A stretch of 64,000 nucleotides of DNA from a virus. Position numbers and translations under genes: made by a program. Shown here piece by piece: positions 60,765-64,000 of the stretch (positions are counted from its first letter, which is position 1; the number at the start of each line of letters is the position of its first letter). The stretch spans positions 6,856 to 70,855 of IMG/VR virus record IMGVR_UViG_3300027969_003010; one strand, written 5' to 3'. A model generated the notes under the pieces. It did no database searches. It saw only the letters and a program-made list of their open reading frames with translations, and was not told the DNA's origin.

Positions 60765-61635
60765 TCTAGTAATTGGCATGGGTATTGGTAACTTGTACAA
60801 AGATGTACTGACAAAACTTGGCCACAAGGTAGTCACAGTTGACAAGGACACTAGCAAAGGTGCTGATTTTGAATCAGTAGATTCAGCTTTGGTAGTACAC
60901 GGCTTATTTGATACTGTACATATCTGTACTCCCAACTTTACACACTTTGAAATTGCGGCCAGAGTTGCTCCGCACAGTAAAATTGTGTTTATTGAAAAGC
61001 CCGGTGTTGCTACAAGTGATACATGGTCTAAACTTGTAACTACATTTAAACAAACACGTTTCATAATGGTTAAAAACAATATGTGGCGTGACAACATAGC
61101 TGAATTAACTGAACTAGCAGGCCGGGCTAAAACTGTAAAAATACGTTGGATTAGAAAGAATTGTATTCCTAGTCCAGGCAGTTGGTTCACAACTAAAAAA
61201 TTAGCATTTGGTGGAGTTAGCAGAGACTTAATGCCACACTTGTTGAGTTTATATGTGGCCATGAATCCTGATTGGAAACATGAAAAAATGTCTGGTCAAA
61301 CTGCCATGCAATGTTGGGAATTAAAAGATATTGAAAACACAGAGTATGGCACTGTTGATCCCAATGGCACTTACAATGTTGACGACATGTGTGTAATCAA
61401 CTTTGGTAACAAATGGCGACTTGCGGCCAATTGGCGTAGTCAGGATGAAGAAGATAGTTCTATAGTGTTTGTCATGCCAGACAATGCAATAGAACGATTT
61501 GAATTAGGGTGGTGCCCAGAAGAAGCATATCATAATATGATTGTGGATGCTATTACTAACATGGATAATTCTGATTTTTGGTTACAGCAATATGCTGTTG
61601 ATACATGGATACATGAGAGAATAGAAAAACTATGA
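60751..61635 (+). CDS. Gfo/Idh/MocA family NAD(P)-dependent oxidoreductase
   Basis: IGMGIG, ICTPNFTH, FIEKP, GGVSRDLMPH. Confidence 0.88.
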   Translation: MSKRSLVIGMGIGNLYKDVLTKLGHKVVTVDKDTSKGADFESVDSALVVHGLFDTVHICTPNFTHFEIAARVAPHSKIVFIEKPGVATSDTWSKLVTTFKQTRFIMVKNNMWRDNIAELTELAGRAKTVKIRWIRKNCIPSPGSWFTTKKLAFGGVSRDLMPHLLSLYVAMNPDWKHEKMSGQTAMQCWELKDIENTEYGTVDPNGTYNVDDMCVINFGNKWRLAANWRSQDEEDSSIVFVMPDNAIERFELGWCPEEAYHNMIVDAITNMDNSDFWLQQYAVDTWIHERIEKL

Positions 61636-62513
61636 CACGCTGTTTACAAACAACAGGGCACGGCTTCTTTGAAGAAGTAGAGTACGACAAACCGGAACCT
61701 ACTTCAGATCAAATTGAAGTACGAGCCGTAATGACTGGTGTATGTCGCAGTGACATCGATATGATGATGGGAAACTTTGGACCATTGCCACTCAGTATGC
61801 AAGGGCATGAAGGATTGGGACAAGTCACACGAGTTGGTTCATTAGTTACCGGTGTTAAAGAAGGCGACTATGTTGCTACACGTGGTGAACCTGCGTATGC
61901 GGATTATTACAATGTACGAGATGAGGAATTTGTAGTGGTACCAGAAGCACATCCTCGCTATATACTAGAACCGGTAGCATGTGGTATTAACTGTATTGTT
62001 GACGATTTTAAAAATAGAGCCAATACTAAAACTATTATCTTAGGTAGTGGTTTTCTAGCGTGGGTAGTTTATAACGCATTAAAGCTGTATTTTCCTAGAA
62101 TGGAAATCGACATACTAGGCTCTAGTAATCAAGAGCTGTGGGGCGATAAACTGTTGCTTGGTACTAGTGAAAGCTATGATAATGTTATTGACTTGAGTGG
62201 AAAATATGATTTAGGTACAGACATTGGCCTAAATAATAATGCCTTAATTGTAGATGCTGTGGGTAAAGCAGTAAGTAGAGAAGAAGCACAGGCACAACTT
62301 TGGAAAGCCTGTGCTACTGTTAAACCAAGTCCAAGAACACCAAAATTTATTGATGCCATGATCCGAGCACGTTATATGATTGAAAACGGTGAACTAGAGG
62401 TTGATAGTTTTTGGACTCAGTGTTATAATCGTAACACTGAATGGCAACAAGCATTTGCGGATGGTGTGGATCGTCCAAATGGTTACAGCAGAGGTTATAT
62501 TAAATGGGACTAA
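61632..62513 (+). CDS. Zinc-dependent medium-chain alcohol dehydrogenase
   Basis: GVCRSD, GHEGLG, LEPVACG, LGSGFL; structural-zinc lobe absent. Confidence 0.88.
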   Translation: MTRCLQTTGHGFFEEVEYDKPEPTSDQIEVRAVMTGVCRSDIDMMMGNFGPLPLSMQGHEGLGQVTRVGSLVTGVKEGDYVATRGEPAYADYYNVRDEEFVVVPEAHPRYILEPVACGINCIVDDFKNRANTKTIILGSGFLAWVVYNALKLYFPRMEIDILGSSNQELWGDKLLLGTSESYDNVIDLSGKYDLGTDIGLNNNALIVDAVGKAVSREEAQAQLWKACATVKPSPRTPKFIDAMIRARYMIENGELEVDSFWTQCYNRNTEWQQAFADGVDRPNGYSRGYIKWD

Positions 62514-63019
62514 ACACTGAAGAACGGCAAGGTGTTGTTTATTTTACAGGTTACGAAGTCGAGCATACTATCTGTCACGGTATGTTTACATTGTTTGTTG
62601 TAGGCACACCGCCTATTGAAGAAATTCTTACAAAAGCTAAAGAAGCTGGTGTAAAACATATCTACTTTGGCACTAGTCAAAGTTTTAATCCAACGGCAAT
62701 CAGCCACGAAGAATATCGAGCATGGGATAATGTTATTATTCCTTGCTTAAAGAAAGATTATTGGGTGACTCTTGATTTTGACAGCAGTCACAACGAAGGT
62801 GTACTTGAATCTGGATACAGTGAATATCCCCGATTTGTACCAATGATTAGTGTTAAGTTACCTTACATCAATCAACACAACTACAATGCCACACTCAAAC
62901 TGGATGACCGAACTTGGGGTGCTACCAATCCAGGTGTGTGGACACATCAACTACATGACCTAATGAGTAAAGACAAGTACACTCATTGGGATCAATACAC
63001 ACAAGACACAACTTTATGA
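62504..63019 (+). CDS. Hypothetical protein
   Basis: FTGYEVEHT, HIYFG, TNPGVW; coupled within the operon. Confidence 0.7.
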   Translation: MGLNTEERQGVVYFTGYEVEHTICHGMFTLFVVGTPPIEEILTKAKEAGVKHIYFGTSQSFNPTAISHEEYRAWDNVIIPCLKKDYWVTLDFDSSHNEGVLESGYSEYPRFVPMISVKLPYINQHNYNATLKLDDRTWGATNPGVWTHQLHDLMSKDKYTHWDQYTQDTTL

Positions 63020-63612
63020 AACCCAAGATTAAAACATTAAAAATTGCCGAACAATTGATCGGACAAACTTTGCCTCCTACATACGGCGGTGCTAGTGGAA
63101 GAGGTTTAGAATTGTTAATGATTTCTTTGGGAATTCCGTTACAAAACGGATCAGGTGCTGATTGGAAACTGTTTGGACTAGAAGTTAAGTCTCGCAACCT
63201 TGAAGCAACAAGTCCACAAACTATTGGAACTATACTTCCAGAAAATATGGTGGTAACAGATTGGACAAACAGTTTGGTAGCTGAAAAATTTCAACAACAG
63301 TTCAGAGTACACACAAGAAACAATGTAATTGTATCAGCCAGAGTGTATGATTTTTCACCAAAGTTCATACAAGATAAACTAAGTAAAGCGTGGAATATAC
63401 TCAAAGATTGCGTAGAACTAGAACTAGTTGCTCAGGCAAATGATCCAACTCATGAATTACCATTGTATATTCCTGGCACACGCTATGGTTATTTAGAAAG
63501 ACAAGAAAATATACGTTCCTATCATTTTAGAATGTCCTCTACAGCTATGGAAGAACTAGAAGGCATGGCATTGTCAACCCTTAGCTCACTTTTTGAAGAA
63601 ACAACAGTATGA
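63016..63612 (+). CDS. MutH/Sau3AI-like PD-(D/E)xK endonuclease
   Basis: GRGLE...GADW...LEVKS, resembling the MutH active site; ATG at 63016 overlaps the upstream stop. Confidence 0.6.
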   Translation: MKPKIKTLKIAEQLIGQTLPPTYGGASGRGLELLMISLGIPLQNGSGADWKLFGLEVKSRNLEATSPQTIGTILPENMVVTDWTNSLVAEKFQQQFRVHTRNNVIVSARVYDFSPKFIQDKLSKAWNILKDCVELELVAQANDPTHELPLYIPGTRYGYLERQENIRSYHFRMSSTAMEELEGMALSTLSSLFEETTV

Positions 63613-64000
63613 TTATTAAACAAGACATTAGACCTAACAAAATGATTTGGGTTACCTTTCGTAAGGAAGGCATACATAAATACCCGGCGGCGCTGACTGA
63701 TCCAGCGTTGGCTACAGGAGATGAATATGACGTATCGTTTTTGGGTTACCCTCATCGCCACATCTTTCATTTCAGGGTGTGGATCAATGTGCTCCACAAT
63801 GATAGAGACATCGAGTTTATCCAGTTCAAACGATGGCTTGAATCGCTGTATAATGGTCAAGGTTCCGTTTTGAGCCTTGACTACAAGAGTTGTGAGATGA
63901 TGTCAGACGATCTGTTTGACGTTATTTCCAATAAGTATCCAGGTCGCGAGATCTGGATTGAAATCTCCGAAGACGGAGAAAATGGTTCGTTTATCAAATA
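63609..64000 (+). CDS. Putative T-fold (QueD/QueF-like) protein, 3' end outside window; not in the ORF track
   Basis: MIIKQDIRPNKMIWVTFRKEGIHKYP...HRHIFHFRVWI...DRDIEFIQFK...SCEMMS...IEISEDGENGS resembles the H..HxH / DF / SCE / VxE pattern of PTPS-like proteins. Confidence 0.55.
   Translation, partial: MIIKQDIRPNKMIWVTFRKEGIHKYPAALTDPALATGDEYDVSFLGYPHRHIFHFRVWINVLHNDRDIEFIQFKRWLESLYNGQGSVLSLDYKSCEMMSDDLFDVISNKYPGREIWIEISEDGENGSFIK

Noticed and set aside
60094-61262. Long minus-strand ORFs (171 and 230 aa) opposite the TGT-like and Gfo genes
   Set aside because: They fully overlap well-supported + strand genes and show no motifs.
63522-63860. Minus-strand 112-aa ORF at the window end
   Set aside because: The + strand ORF from 63609 is coupled to the operon and has a recognisable motif pattern.
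1-64000. Stop-codon reassignment, since TAG stops are rare
   Set aside because: Genes are full length and densely packed under the standard code; nothing is fragmented at TAG or TGA.
1-64000. Bacterial chromosome or prophage origin, given clpA, dnaJ, def, dps and erpA
   Set aside because: These genes are interleaved with T4-like replication, virion and lysis genes and late promoter motifs; no integrase or host-like operons are present.

Overview
This 64-kb window is AT-rich, gene-dense and almost entirely + strand. It looks like part of a large lytic, T4-like/jumbo-type tailed phage that infects a Gram-negative host (it has an i-spanin/o-spanin pair). Modules in order: (1) a sugar/amino-sugar tailoring cluster (radical SAM, two SGNH-like proteins, NDP-sugar dehydrogenase, 2OG-Fe(II) oxygenase, PLP aminotransferase, amidinotransferase, GT-like protein); (2) queD with a structured 5' leader, uvsE and erpA; (3) a tail/baseplate block with a 4610-aa repeat protein; (4) a DnaE fragment, GroES, clamp loader, dCMP deaminase and phoH; (5) a lysis cassette; (6) dnaJ-def-clpA; (7) putative capsid-packaged internal proteins, including a ligase-like protein and an HxGH nucleotidyltransferase; (8) family B DNA polymerase, sliding clamp and a TGT/DpdA-like base-exchange gene coupled to two dehydrogenases, a MutH-like nuclease and a T-fold protein. 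The best candidates for novel biology are the DpdA-plus-oxidoreductase operon (possibly an undescribed 7-deazaguanine DNA hypermodification), a preQ1-like riboswitch candidate before queD, the aminotransferase/amidinotransferase cluster, and RNA structures in the polB and phoH leaders. I saw no tRNA, rRNA, CRISPR array, intein or integrase. All calls are by-eye motif recognition; no database search was run.
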